A DNA stretch of 34,491 nt, taken from assembly GCA_030167865.1 (NCBI GenBank), contig JALAGF010006404.1, positions 1-34,491 on the forward strand. The letters are read 5' to 3'. This DNA is from Craspedostauros australis. Lineage: Eukaryota. The position numbers and the translations under genes are program-made. Under the pieces are notes generated by a model, which ran no database searches, was not told the origin of the DNA, and saw nothing but the letters and a program-made list of their open reading frames with translations. Shown here one piece after another: positions 21,222 through 31,206 of this stretch; position 1 is the first letter of the stretch; every line of letters starts with the position of its first letter.

Positions 21222-22218
21222 TTGAAACACAATGTACAACCAACTCTGCGACACTACCACAAGTATGCACGGATACATCCGATCAATGTTGGTGTCTGTG
21301 TGGACGCAAACATTGTTTTGTGAAACACCTTCTGTGCTCGTGCAATATTTGTGTGCGAAGAACCACGGCGCTTTGCTCTCATGGGCCAGAAAGGAGAATT
21401 GTTGTGGGGATGGAGAGTTTTCCCCTTCCACTACCCGAAATGGAATCTCAATTGCCCATCTTCGACCCTACTATATTCGACAACGACATTCGCGGCTGCG
21501 ACTTGTTTACTTCACAGTGGCCCAAGCGTTATTATAACACTCGTGTCACATCACTCCGTCACGACACAAAACCATTGGAACCAAATCACATCTTCAATCC
21601 ATGCAATCACGTGGCGCCAGTGGTTGCCAAGGGTTGGTGACAGATGGCTTCTGCCACACAAGTGTCAATGTGCCTCACTTGAATGATTGATACTACAAAT
21701 ACGTACTTCAAGAAAGCATCACAAGCATCCAAAGCCTCGGCGTTGCCAAGTCTTCCACATGCGTTGCCTCCTTTGGGATGGCTGATCATTCACTCACCTT
21801 GCGTTTGGCGCCACCCTGTTGACACAAACATCACAGAAGAGAGGGAACAGCTCGTCTTCTGCAGCCTCGTCATCCTCCGCTTCTACCGTCATTGTCATCT
21901 GCAGCCATACCACACTCTGCAGTGGGTTTCACTTTCATCACAAGCAAACGTCAACTCCTCCTCCATCTGCGGCAGAACACCATCACACCAACACCTCCAT
22001 CTTGTCTCTGCGCTGCCAAAGAATCACACAGCAGCATCGTCGCCCTGTCCTGCAGTGTCCTGTCCATCCGCAAAGTGTGCATCGCACAACAGACACCAAG
22101 AGAGGAGGCAACGAGGAGCCAACGAGAGGACTCATCGATCCTCGCCAGCCAAAGTCAAACGCAACAGCAAACGATCCAACACGTATCGAGCAACAGCGTC
22201 GTCCCAACTCTCCCATCA

Positions 22219-25200
22219 ATGGCGGGCATGGAGTCGTCGTGTGGCGCGGGCGCTGTCGCAGCAAGCCGTGCTGCCACGCCCCATTGCGATGCAAAGCAAT
22301 CACCTGCTTCGGCGCAGCATGACGCAGCATCGTCTGGATTGGAGTCGCCCACCAAACCAGCTGCCGTTGCAGAACATGGTGGCAGCGGTGTTGGCCAGAG
22401 TTGTAGTACCGTCAACAAGGCCACGTCAGGAAGCAACGGCAACAACAACAACAACGAGAATCACTGCGAGAATACGAGAACCAGCAAAAACGAACGCATC
22501 CAAAATCACGAACAGCAACGACAGGCACAACAACAACAACCAGAACAAGCACAAGAACAGGAGCAACAGGAGAAAGACGACGCGAACAGGGCATACAGAA
22601 ATCCAATCGATGCAACAGCCGATCGGAGGGACAATGCGACCACAGAACCACCGATTCCTCCAGCCACGCAGATGAAGCCAAGCCCCCAAGAGCGACGCCA
22701 ATCACTCACCAAGGTACGAGCGCATGGTGGCGTCACGAATAGGAGTATCTCAGCCGTTAGCACCAGCACGGTCAATAGCAATAGCAATAACGACAGCGAC
22801 GACAGCGGCAACGACTGGCTGCCTCGCATGACCTTGCTGGGCGGGCTGCTCAACCTGGATGGCGCCACCGATGAATTGGAAAGCGTCGTCGGCGACTTCC
22901 TGCGGACGGGATGCCTCGTCGGCATTATCGTGTGGATCATCCTCGTGGCCGCCGCGCTCCTCCTGGCACCCGCGGAATCCTTCGAAAGGCTCGAGGGGAT
23001 GGAATTGCGCGCCAACCACACCGTCCTGGCGCTGCTTCTCTCCGTCAATGGCGTCCACTTCATGCGGCTCATCGTCCGAGACAACGGCACCGCCTTCGTA
23101 CGGACGGGGGTACTGCTGGGTGTCATCACCGTCGAGGGCATCGCCATGGTGTCCGTCTCTCTCCTCGCCTTCTTTCCAACGCCCGTCGTCATCGACCCCG
23201 TCACGGGCATGAGATGCCATCTCGTCCGCTGGGCGGAATGGACCGTGCTGGCCTTCCTCATGACCTTCATGACGGAAAGCATAGACCTTCCCCTGCAGGG
23301 TGGTGACACATCCACCGCCTGGTTGCACGGCATCGCTATCGGTGCCAGCACGATCGTCGGTGGCCTATTCCCCCTGTGCCAAACGCTGCGTCAGTGGTTG
23401 ATCTTGTGCACGATATCCTGCGCCCTCTTCTCATCCATCTACATTCGCGTCTACCAACGCATGCAGAGACTCAAGACCATGCCGCGCGGCGGGACGGTCC
23501 AGGCGAAGGAGGACTACGAACGTGCCGAGTACAGTCTCAGAATCATCTCGGTGTGCTGCATATCATGGACGGGTCTCGTCCTGGCCTTCTTCTTCTGCTG
23601 TCTGGCGCCGCATTTTGCACCGCCGGGATCCTTCCTTTCCAGCCACGAGCTTATTCTGGTCACGGAGAGCATGTTCGAACTCCTGTCGAAGGCGTGGTAC
23701 CTGCAGCTCCTGGTCGAGGTCCACAGCAGGCTCTTCGACAATGCCACCCGCACCGTGCGGAGATTGGAGGAAGTGCGGCGATTGATGTCGGCGATTTGGG
23801 AAACCTCGTCGGACGTCATGGCGCTGTGCTCCTCCAAGGATGATCATATCCTCACGCTGGTCAGCCCATCATTCTTCATGGTCCAGCAGGATCGCGACTC
23901 GATACAGACGCCGGCTAAATTGGCGCACGATGCCGAATCGCAATCCAATGGCGTCGCCGGTGCGACGACGATACTGGAAATCGATCCCAAGGATGGATCG
24001 CATCGCACCTTCGCCATCAATCTGTCGGAGCCGGTCTCGCGACAAACGGCGATGAAGCTCAACCGGTCCAACGCAGATCGCAGATCCGGCACCATTCACA
24101 AGGATGATTCCACCATCACGAAAAACACCGCGGTACTCTCCGAGCTCATCTGCCGCATCTACGACGGTCACGGCCGGGCCAGCACGCACATCGATCACAT
24201 GTACAGAATCGATTCCAATCAGGAAGAATACAAAATCAGCTGCGAGGCCAAGGTCACCAACCTGCAGCACTCCGCGCATCTCATCGTGCTGCGAGATATA
24301 TCGGAACGCTTCCAACGATTCGAAACGGAGAAGAAGCTAATAGGGGAGATCACGGCACGGCGCAAGGATGCCGAGGCCAACCGCTTCACGCGCCACGAAG
24401 TCAAGAATGGGATCTTGGCTGCCATCGGGTTGTTGGACTCCCTCAAGGATGCATCGGCGAAACGGGATGACAACAGCAGCGGAGGGGGGCCATCGTCGGA
24501 CGATGCTGCCGGGGATAGCGACGGCGAGCCCGGAACCGGCGTGTCCGAGTACGACGAATGCCTTGGCGAATTGGACAACACGCTGCGCGATATACTGGAC
24601 ACCATCATGGACCATGCAATGAGCCGCGAAGTCATTTACGAGGAGTACAAGGTGCGACGCGAAAAGATCAAGGTGCCACAAGTGCTCACGGCCATCCGAC
24701 GCCACACCAGCTGGAACGATTCTCGATTTCCACTGGAGATGGAGCCGTTCCCGTTCCCCGTGATCGGCATGGACCCGCGGTTGCTGCGGTACATCTACCA
24801 GAACGCGGTATCCAACGCATGCCGGTACGGCGATTCGGACAAAAACATCACGACGTCCATCATGTACGACGAAGGCAAGAAGGAATTTCAGATGCAGGTC
24901 ATCAACGCGCCGGGTCCGGGCCATGAGCATCTGCGGGGCATCGATCCGGACGAAGTCAACGCGATGGTCTTCTCGCCCAGCACGCGGTTGCACACCAAAT
25001 CGGAAGATGAAGAATTCGTCACAGTGACGGGCTCCAGCGGTGACGGCGCATGGATCATGCAAAAGTGCGCCAAGACGCTGAAGGGAGAATGCAGCATCAA
25101 ATTCGAGCCAGCCCGCACGGTCTTCTCCTTCCATTGCCCCGCCAAGTCGTACATCGTAGTGGAGAGGAAGAAGGCCAAGGAAACCCAAACCTTCACGGAG

Positions 25201-26055
25201 CTGCCTGCCAACACATGGGGTGTTGTCATTGACGATTCTGGCATTCAGCGCAAGTTGATGGATCGATTCTTGAAGATAGCGGGCATCCCGAAGGACAAGC
25301 GCATCATCGTCGGCAAGGATTCGAAAGAGATATACGGCTTCTGCGACATGGTCGTCGACTTGCTCCGAGATCAGCCGGAGGGCAAGTTCTTGGTCATCGC
25401 CGACGAAAACTTGGAGGTCGTCGAAGGAGCCGCGATGCACGGCACCGTCTCGGGGTCTCTGTGCATCCAACGCATCCTGGAACGATTGGAGCCGTCGGAG
25501 GAATCGCGACTTCTGGCGCTCGTGCGCAGCGCCAACGATTCCAATTCCGACATTGAAACCTACAACGCGCGTGCGCACGGTTACTTGCACAAGGCACCGA
25601 TCGACAAGCACGGTGTCATCGGTGCCATCCGACCATGGTGGTTGAAACGATTTCCGATGCATTCGGACCAACCCGCCGCGGCCAACTTGCTGCGTCAGGA
25701 CAGCGTCAACAGCCTGGACAGCGACTTCACGTACGACCCCTTCCACGACATCCACTCCATCCTCGACGTCATCGATGCGCTGTGCAACGTGCACGACGTT
25801 ATATCGTTGCGAAAGCGATGGCGCACGATTCAGGATCGATTGCAACGGCTCAAGGGCGATCTGAAGACGGTCATCCCGGAGGCCAAGACGGAGACGAGCG
25901 ACGCCCTGGAGGAGGTGCTTCAGGCGATCGACGACCTAAGGTTCGGCGATTTCCCGGAGGATCTGCAAGAGCGATGGGGTGCCGTGAGACGTTCCGCGAT
26001 CAAGATCATGGACGCGGAGCATCGTAAGCAACAGAACTTGGTCAGTGGGAGCTAA
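22219..26055 (+). CDS. Histidine-kinase rhodopsin: 8-TM microbial rhodopsin + PAS-like + HisKA + HATPase + receiver + HPt-like (~1278 aa from ATG 22219)
   Basis: Eight hydrophobic segments at ~22909-23720. Helix C LVRWAEW (23221-23241, cf. BR RYADW) and helix G FELLSKAWY (Lys at 23689, cf. BR DVSAK). PAS C-terminal LRDISER (~24290-24309). H-box RFTRHEVKNG (His 24394), N-box YQNAVSNACRYG, SSGDGAWI. Receiver VIDDS / IADENL / RSAND / YLHKAP. The ORF is open from 21892 (TTG); the first ATG is 22219 and the true start is uncertain. Confidence 0.88.
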   Translation: MAGMESSCGAGAVAASRAATPHCDAKQSPASAQHDAASSGLESPTKPAAVAEHGGSGVGQSCSTVNKATSGSNGNNNNNENHCENTRTSKNERIQNHEQQRQAQQQQPEQAQEQEQQEKDDANRAYRNPIDATADRRDNATTEPPIPPATQMKPSPQERRQSLTKVRAHGGVTNRSISAVSTSTVNSNSNNDSDDSGNDWLPRMTLLGGLLNLDGATDELESVVGDFLRTGCLVGIIVWIILVAAALLLAPAESFERLEGMELRANHTVLALLLSVNGVHFMRLIVRDNGTAFVRTGVLLGVITVEGIAMVSVSLLAFFPTPVVIDPVTGMRCHLVRWAEWTVLAFLMTFMTESIDLPLQGGDTSTAWLHGIAIGASTIVGGLFPLCQTLRQWLILCTISCALFSSIYIRVYQRMQRLKTMPRGGTVQAKEDYERAEYSLRIISVCCISWTGLVLAFFFCCLAPHFAPPGSFLSSHELILVTESMFELLSKAWYLQLLVEVHSRLFDNATRTVRRLEEVRRLMSAIWETSSDVMALCSSKDDHILTLVSPSFFMVQQDRDSIQTPAKLAHDAESQSNGVAGATTILEIDPKDGSHRTFAINLSEPVSRQTAMKLNRSNADRRSGTIHKDDSTITKNTAVLSELICRIYDGHGRASTHIDHMYRIDSNQEEYKISCEAKVTNLQHSAHLIVLRDISERFQRFETEKKLIGEITARRKDAEANRFTRHEVKNGILAAIGLLDSLKDASAKRDDNSSGGGPSSDDAAGDSDGEPGTGVSEYDECLGELDNTLRDILDTIMDHAMSREVIYEEYKVRREKIKVPQVLTAIRRHTSWNDSRFPLEMEPFPFPVIGMDPRLLRYIYQNAVSNACRYGDSDKNITTSIMYDEGKKEFQMQVINAPGPGHEHLRGIDPDEVNAMVFSPSTRLHTKSEDEEFVTVTGSSGDGAWIMQKCAKTLKGECSIKFEPARTVFSFHCPAKSYIVVERKKAKETQTFTELPANTWGVVIDDSGIQRKLMDRFLKIAGIPKDKRIIVGKDSKEIYGFCDMVVDLLRDQPEGKFLVIADENLEVVEGAAMHGTVSGSLCIQRILERLEPSEESRLLALVRSANDSNSDIETYNARAHGYLHKAPIDKHGVIGAIRPWWLKRFPMHSDQPAAANLLRQDSVNSLDSDFTYDPFHDIHSILDVIDALCNVHDVISLRKRWRTIQDRLQRLKGDLKTVIPEAKTETSDALEEVLQAIDDLRFGDFPEDLQERWGAVRRSAIKIMDAEHRKQQNLVSGS

Positions 26056-26299
26056 TTTTTGAACAAATAGTTCGACGTTGCGATACGCTAGTCTCACGAG
26101 GACGAGCTACAAGTTCGAGTGCTTGTCATGTTCAATCAACCATAATACATGGAGCATACCACCAATTACTACAAATACTAATACTGCGATGTTCTGCGTA
26201 TTGCATACTCTACTACTAGTACTGTACTCGCACATCACAGTGTTTTAGAGGTGATGCGATGACAAGACTTGTGCACCGCTCTGCGCTGCTGCTGCTGGT

Positions 26300-29200
26300 T
26301 TACGATGAGGATGGATATTTAATGTCATCATCCGTCAACGTGGCTGCGTACAGCATCCATGGATGCGTCAATGCCTCACCGGCGGTTGGTCTGCCATCGG
26401 GATCGATGGTCAATAGCTGGCCGACGAAGTCCGCAAACAAGCGTCGCAGTCCTAGGTGAGAACGGGCAGGCAGTGGATTCCCCATGAGCTCGGCCGAGAA
26501 TCCGAGGCGCGACGAGAGGCAGGTGTTCTTGGGTTGGAAGATGTCGAATTGGTTGTCGGGATCCTCGGTCATGGTGGAATCGTCCAGCGGGTTGCCACCT
26601 CCGTGCTGCTGATCAGGGTCGCTCACGTTCTCATACAGCAGGCCGCTCTTCGTGAAGAAGCGACCGCTCTGACTGCCCTGCGCGATCATGTGCCGCGGGA
26701 ATGGTCCGCAGATGGCCTCGATGCGGCTGAGCATGGACACGATAGAGTCGTTCTGGAAGGTGACGTCGCCTGTGAACATCTCCGCGACGACGCAGCCCAA
26801 CGACCAGACATCGATCTTGCCATCGTACGGCAGTCCCAGAATAACCTCCGGTGCTCGATACGATCGGGATTGGATGTAGGAGCTCTGCCTGTCGGTCAGG
26901 TAGCAGCTGCTGCCAAAGTCAATAAGCTTGACTTCCGCTCTGCTGTAGCTGCTGAGCAGGATGTTCTCCGGTTTGACATCGGAATGGACGAGCCCGAGGC
27001 TGTGCACGAATTTTAACGCAATGAGGCACTGTCTCGTGATGTAGGCGAGTCTTGGGATGGTGAAGTACGGCTCCTCGTCATTGTCGAGGATGAACTTGCC
27101 AAACTCGAACAGATTCTGCCGCAGCAGCTCCGTCACGATCACGAGATGCTCGCGGTGGTAAAAGAACGACTTCATCTCCACCACGTGACAGTCCTGGCAC
27201 TTGCCAGTCTGCCGCAACAGTTCGAGGATCTTGATCTCGTCCAAGGACTGATCAAAGAAGTCCTTCGTATTCTTGATCACCTTAAGACACACTTCCTTGT
27301 GACCCTGCGATGTTTCAAATGAATTGGCAGACAGCAGTGTGAGAATTTGTGTTGTACGTGAAGATGCAATCGCAACAAGACATCAAAGCGCATCCCAAAT
27401 CGTGGAGAAACTTACCGCGTTCTTGGAATTGTCGGCATTGAGGTTGGTGCATCTGTAGGCCGTGCTGAAGGCAGCGCTGCCCAGCTCGCCTTCGATGAGG
27501 TACTGTCCTGCGATCACGTTGCCTGGTTCCAGCACCAGATCCTTCGTTGGTTCGAATCCTGTGACGTGCGATTTGAAGATGATGGGGAGATGGAAGTACT
27601 CCAGATCGCCCATCTCGCCCTTGCCGGCGGTCTTGACACCAGGGAAGTCAGGATGCGAAGATTGGAAGGAGCTGTCGAGCGATTCCACGGCGGGAATGTC
27701 CGCAACATCAGTAGAGTCGCCAGCGCTGCTGGACCTCGACTTGGTCCGCGGGCGTGCCCCGTTTCGGCGTTCAGCATCGTCCAGCAATTTCTCAGCTTCC
27801 AGCAGCTCCTTTTCGAAGTCCACGTCGCTGCCTTCAAGACCATTCAATCGCTTTTCGGAGTTGATCTGGAATTCGTTGATCATCCATTCGAACGCCCGCT
27901 CCACGCGCATGAGCTGCGATCGTGACAGACGGATGATTCTGTACCCGGCTTCGTTGGCATCGTCTTCATCCCACGCGGGAATGGCCTCCAACAGTTGATT
28001 GGACTGGCCGTCCACCCCGAATGGCAGCAGGTGCGCGCAGAGCGTTCTCATGAGCTCCAATGCCTCCGTGTCACCGTACTGCTCCATCCGCTCTTCGAAG
28101 TCATCATGGTCCAGCGTCGGCCTCGCGACGAAATTCTCGCCGCTGCCGCTTCTGCTGCTCCTGCCGCTGATATCGGCATTGCCCATGCTTGCGATCATCT
28201 CTTCTGCTTCGCGTATCGCATCCGACGAGGCCTTGAGCTGCTGCTTGCCATGGCGGAGATTCTCGGGCGTGCTTGATTCCAGCACAACTCCCGTGGTGCC
28301 ACCCGCGTTTTGGCTGAGCGGGCCGAGCACCCTGCCGGGAGTTGATTGCTGTTGCTGGCCATTGTCGGCTGCATCGTCTTGGTCGTTGGGATACCCAGTA
28401 ACATTCAAGTTGCGAATAGTGCTTGCGTCACCGCCGTTGGCACTACCGCATTGATGCTCATCAATCGGCGTAGCGGACGAACCACCCTGCAGCGCGCTCT
28501 CGATCATGTCGCTGTAGTTGGTGTTGGTTGCGTCGTGGCTGGATTCCGTGCGCAGATCACGCTCCGCAACCTTCTTCTCATCTGACACCCAGGACCCAGC
28601 GCCCTTTTCGGCGTGCACTTGCAGATCGGTGAGGCCCGACGGGGACGAGTCCGCTGCCGTGATGATGTGATCACGGACGTCGCGGCTGGTGACTCTGTCA
28701 TGAGCAACGTCGTCGTCGTCGTCCTCTTCCGCGAGCAGTTCCTCCACGACCGATGGGGGTTTGTCCTTCTGTCGCTTGTTGGGGAAGGAGGTGTGCTTTG
28801 TCGAGACTGAAGGTGTTGCCGATATTGATGACGAGGTTGATAGTTTGTTCTTTTCGTCCCGAGACTCCGTGGTCCTGAGCAGCTCGTCCATGGCGTTGAG
28901 AAGTCGTTCGCTATCATTGACAGCGGTGCCATCGACGCTGCATGCCTGCTCTCGTTCCAACAGCACCTCCAGAATCTTTTCCACACTCTTTTGCAACGCA
29001 TTTTCCTCCTGAGGTGTGCGTCGACTTTGACTCGTCGTGGTTTGCTCGTCATTTTCGCTGTCATCTTTCGGAACGGGCGCTTGATGGTCTGCGGCAGCGT
29101 CGTTTGGAGACGATGTTGTTGTTGTTGTTCGTTTGGAGTCGTTGTTGGATTTGAAAGCATTGAGGGTCGATGTGTACTCTGCCATGCGCTCCTTTCGTTC

Positions 29201-30847
29201 TCTCATCGTCTGCTCCTCCTGTTCTCTGCTTCTTGTGCGAGCAGTCTCCGTTGTGGTGGAGACAGGATCGACGATTGACGGGGATGTGGCACTGACGACA
29301 TCCGGATGCTGAATGATGATATCCTCTGCCTCGGCAGATGCATCGCAAGATGGTGCGGGTTGCGACGAGACGAGGGTTTCGGCTACGTGAAGTCCCGTGG
29401 GATCCTTGGATTTAGATGCGTTGAGGGTTGTTTGGATGTCTTCGTTGGATTCATCTCGTTGCGCCGTAGCGTATGCAGCAGATTCTGCGTCAATGATGAT
29501 GATGTTCGCATCTGGATTGCTGCTATCTGGACTGACTGGCTGACTGGCGCCTTCCTTGGATTGTTGGCTGTCATCGTTGTTGGCATCATCATCATCGTCA
29601 TCCAAACGTGATTGCAGAACACGATCAGCTTCCCGGGGCGTCCTGGGACGGTTGCGAGATCTGCGCAACCACGAATCGCTGGTACTTGCGCTGGCATCGT
29701 CCTTGTCGTTGCTCTGGGACTTGGTGAGGGTGATCTGCATGGCTGGTGCTGGTGCTGGTGGTTCTTCGGTCTGTCTCCTGTGCTGTTTGAGGAGCTGGAT
29801 TGCCGCCTTGAGAGCATCCTCGTATTGGTTGCTGGCATCGGAGCCGGTTGATTTGACGGCAGGGTTGTTCCTCTGGCGAGCGTCATTTTCGGTGGACGGC
29901 TTCTCCACGCGCTGCTGCTGCTGTTTTCTGAGAGGAGATGGTGTGGCGGACGAAAGTGACTTTGTCGTTTTGCTGGGCGTGATCCTCCTTGCGATTGAGT
30001 TGTTGGTGGTGGTGGCGTTGTTGTTGTTGTTGTTGGTATACGCTGCCGGGCTGAGGATCTGATTGCGTTGATCCTCCGTCTCCTGCAAGGACCTCAGGAT
30101 CTCATCCGTGTGTGAATCTCCGCTATGCGATGGTCCATTGTCCGACATGGCAGGTATGACCTGCGCTTGCGGCCTCGAGAGCTTCTGCTTTGGAGGAAGG
30201 TCCGCCTGCGGTGGCGTCTTCGCTTGTTCCGCGCGCCTCCGCTCCTTGAGGACATGCTGAGGGTTGGTGTGGTGGCGCTGCTGATCTCGCTGCTGCTCAC
30301 GTTGCTTGCACACCTCCGCGGAAATCTCCTCCGCGTTGTAAAAGTTGAATCGGGTGCCTGCAGGCTTGTTGCGGGAGGTTCCGTTGGCGTTCGCGAAGCC
30401 ATTGAGGTTGGCAGAGGCGCCGTATTCGGAGGGTTGGTAGAATTGGAAGCGCTTCTGCGCCATGACCGACGACGAGGTTGAGGAAGCTGATGCTGATGCA
30501 GCGATTGCCAGATCTGCGGGGTTGTGGGCGCTGTCCGACCCTGACTTGTGCTTGCTGCTGCGCGCTGCGTGTTTGACAGCCGCGCTGAGGCCTCCATCTC
30601 CGCTCTGGGATCGGAGTTGCTGCTGCTGCTGCTGGTTCTGGCTGGTGTTTTCATCCGTCTCCAGCTCTGTCTGCTGATCCTGCGCATTCTGCTGATCGGG
30701 CTTGTGCATCGCTGCGCTCTCCGAGAGCACCTTGACTTGATCACGAGCACCATTCGCTGTTCCGTTTGCGTTGGAATCGTGGGCTGTCTGGTCTCCGCGC
30801 AGCGCATCGGTCGCAAGCGTGGCGTCCAATTCAGACGCAACCTCCAT
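26300..30847 (-). CDS. DYRK-family kinase, DYRKP-like; 2 exons: 30847-27416 and 27304-26300 (~1478 aa, ~1100-aa largely disordered N-terminus)
   Basis: Kinase motifs LGSAAFS, VCLKVIKN, DQSLDEIKIL, HSDVKPENIL, IDFGSSC, SYIQSRSYRAPE, KIDVWSLGC. Upstream TGFEPTKD...VIAGQY block resembles plant DYRKP. The ATG at 30847 is the first ATG in the 27383..31033 frame. Confidence 0.9.
27305..27415 (-). other. Intron of the DYRK gene (111 nt, phase 0)
   Basis: Minus-strand donor gtaagt at 27415 and acceptor tcgcag ending at 27305. It joins ...SKNA|GHKEVCLK in frame between kinase subdomains I and II. Confidence 0.9.
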
Positions 30848-31168
30848 CTTTGCAGTGCTTGTGCTTGTGGTGGCTGTCGTGGCTGTCGTGGCTGTCGCGG
30901 TTGTTGAGGAGGAAGAAACGGCCTCCGTTGAAGAGCAGTTGTGCGTCTGTGCGTCTGTGTTGGTATTGATCCTCGCACGGAGTTGGATGGCGATGCAACT
31001 GTGATGCTCTCTTTGCGCGCTAGCTAGAGACACTCACTGGGGACAGTCGCGGCTTGCACCTCTTCTGCGGCTCCGACTTTCCACAACCAACGCTCTCCAC
31101 GAAAGGATCTGGCCGCAATGGATCGACAGCTTACGAGTGTCGAATGGAGTCCGTTGCCGTTCACAGGC

Positions 31169-31206
31169 TGTCTGAGCTTGTCTGAGCTTGTCTGAGCTTG
31201 TCTGAG
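31169..31206. repeat. 10-bp tandem repeat (tctgagcttg x3.6) in the DYRK upstream region
   Basis: Read directly: tg tctgagcttg tctgagcttg tctgagcttg tctgag. Confidence 0.9.

Noticed and set aside
21892..22218. 5' extension of the rhodopsin-kinase ORF from a TTG
   Set aside because: A non-ATG start is unlikely in a nuclear gene. The CA-rich sequence resembles the 5' regions of neighbouring genes. An upstream exon is not excluded.
24337..25845. 502-aa minus-strand ORF within the rhodopsin kinase
   Set aside because: Antisense shadow; the plus frame has all the conserved HK and receiver motifs.
31169..31206. Short tandem repeats as a CRISPR-like array
   Set aside because: No spacers, eukaryotic context and no cas genes.
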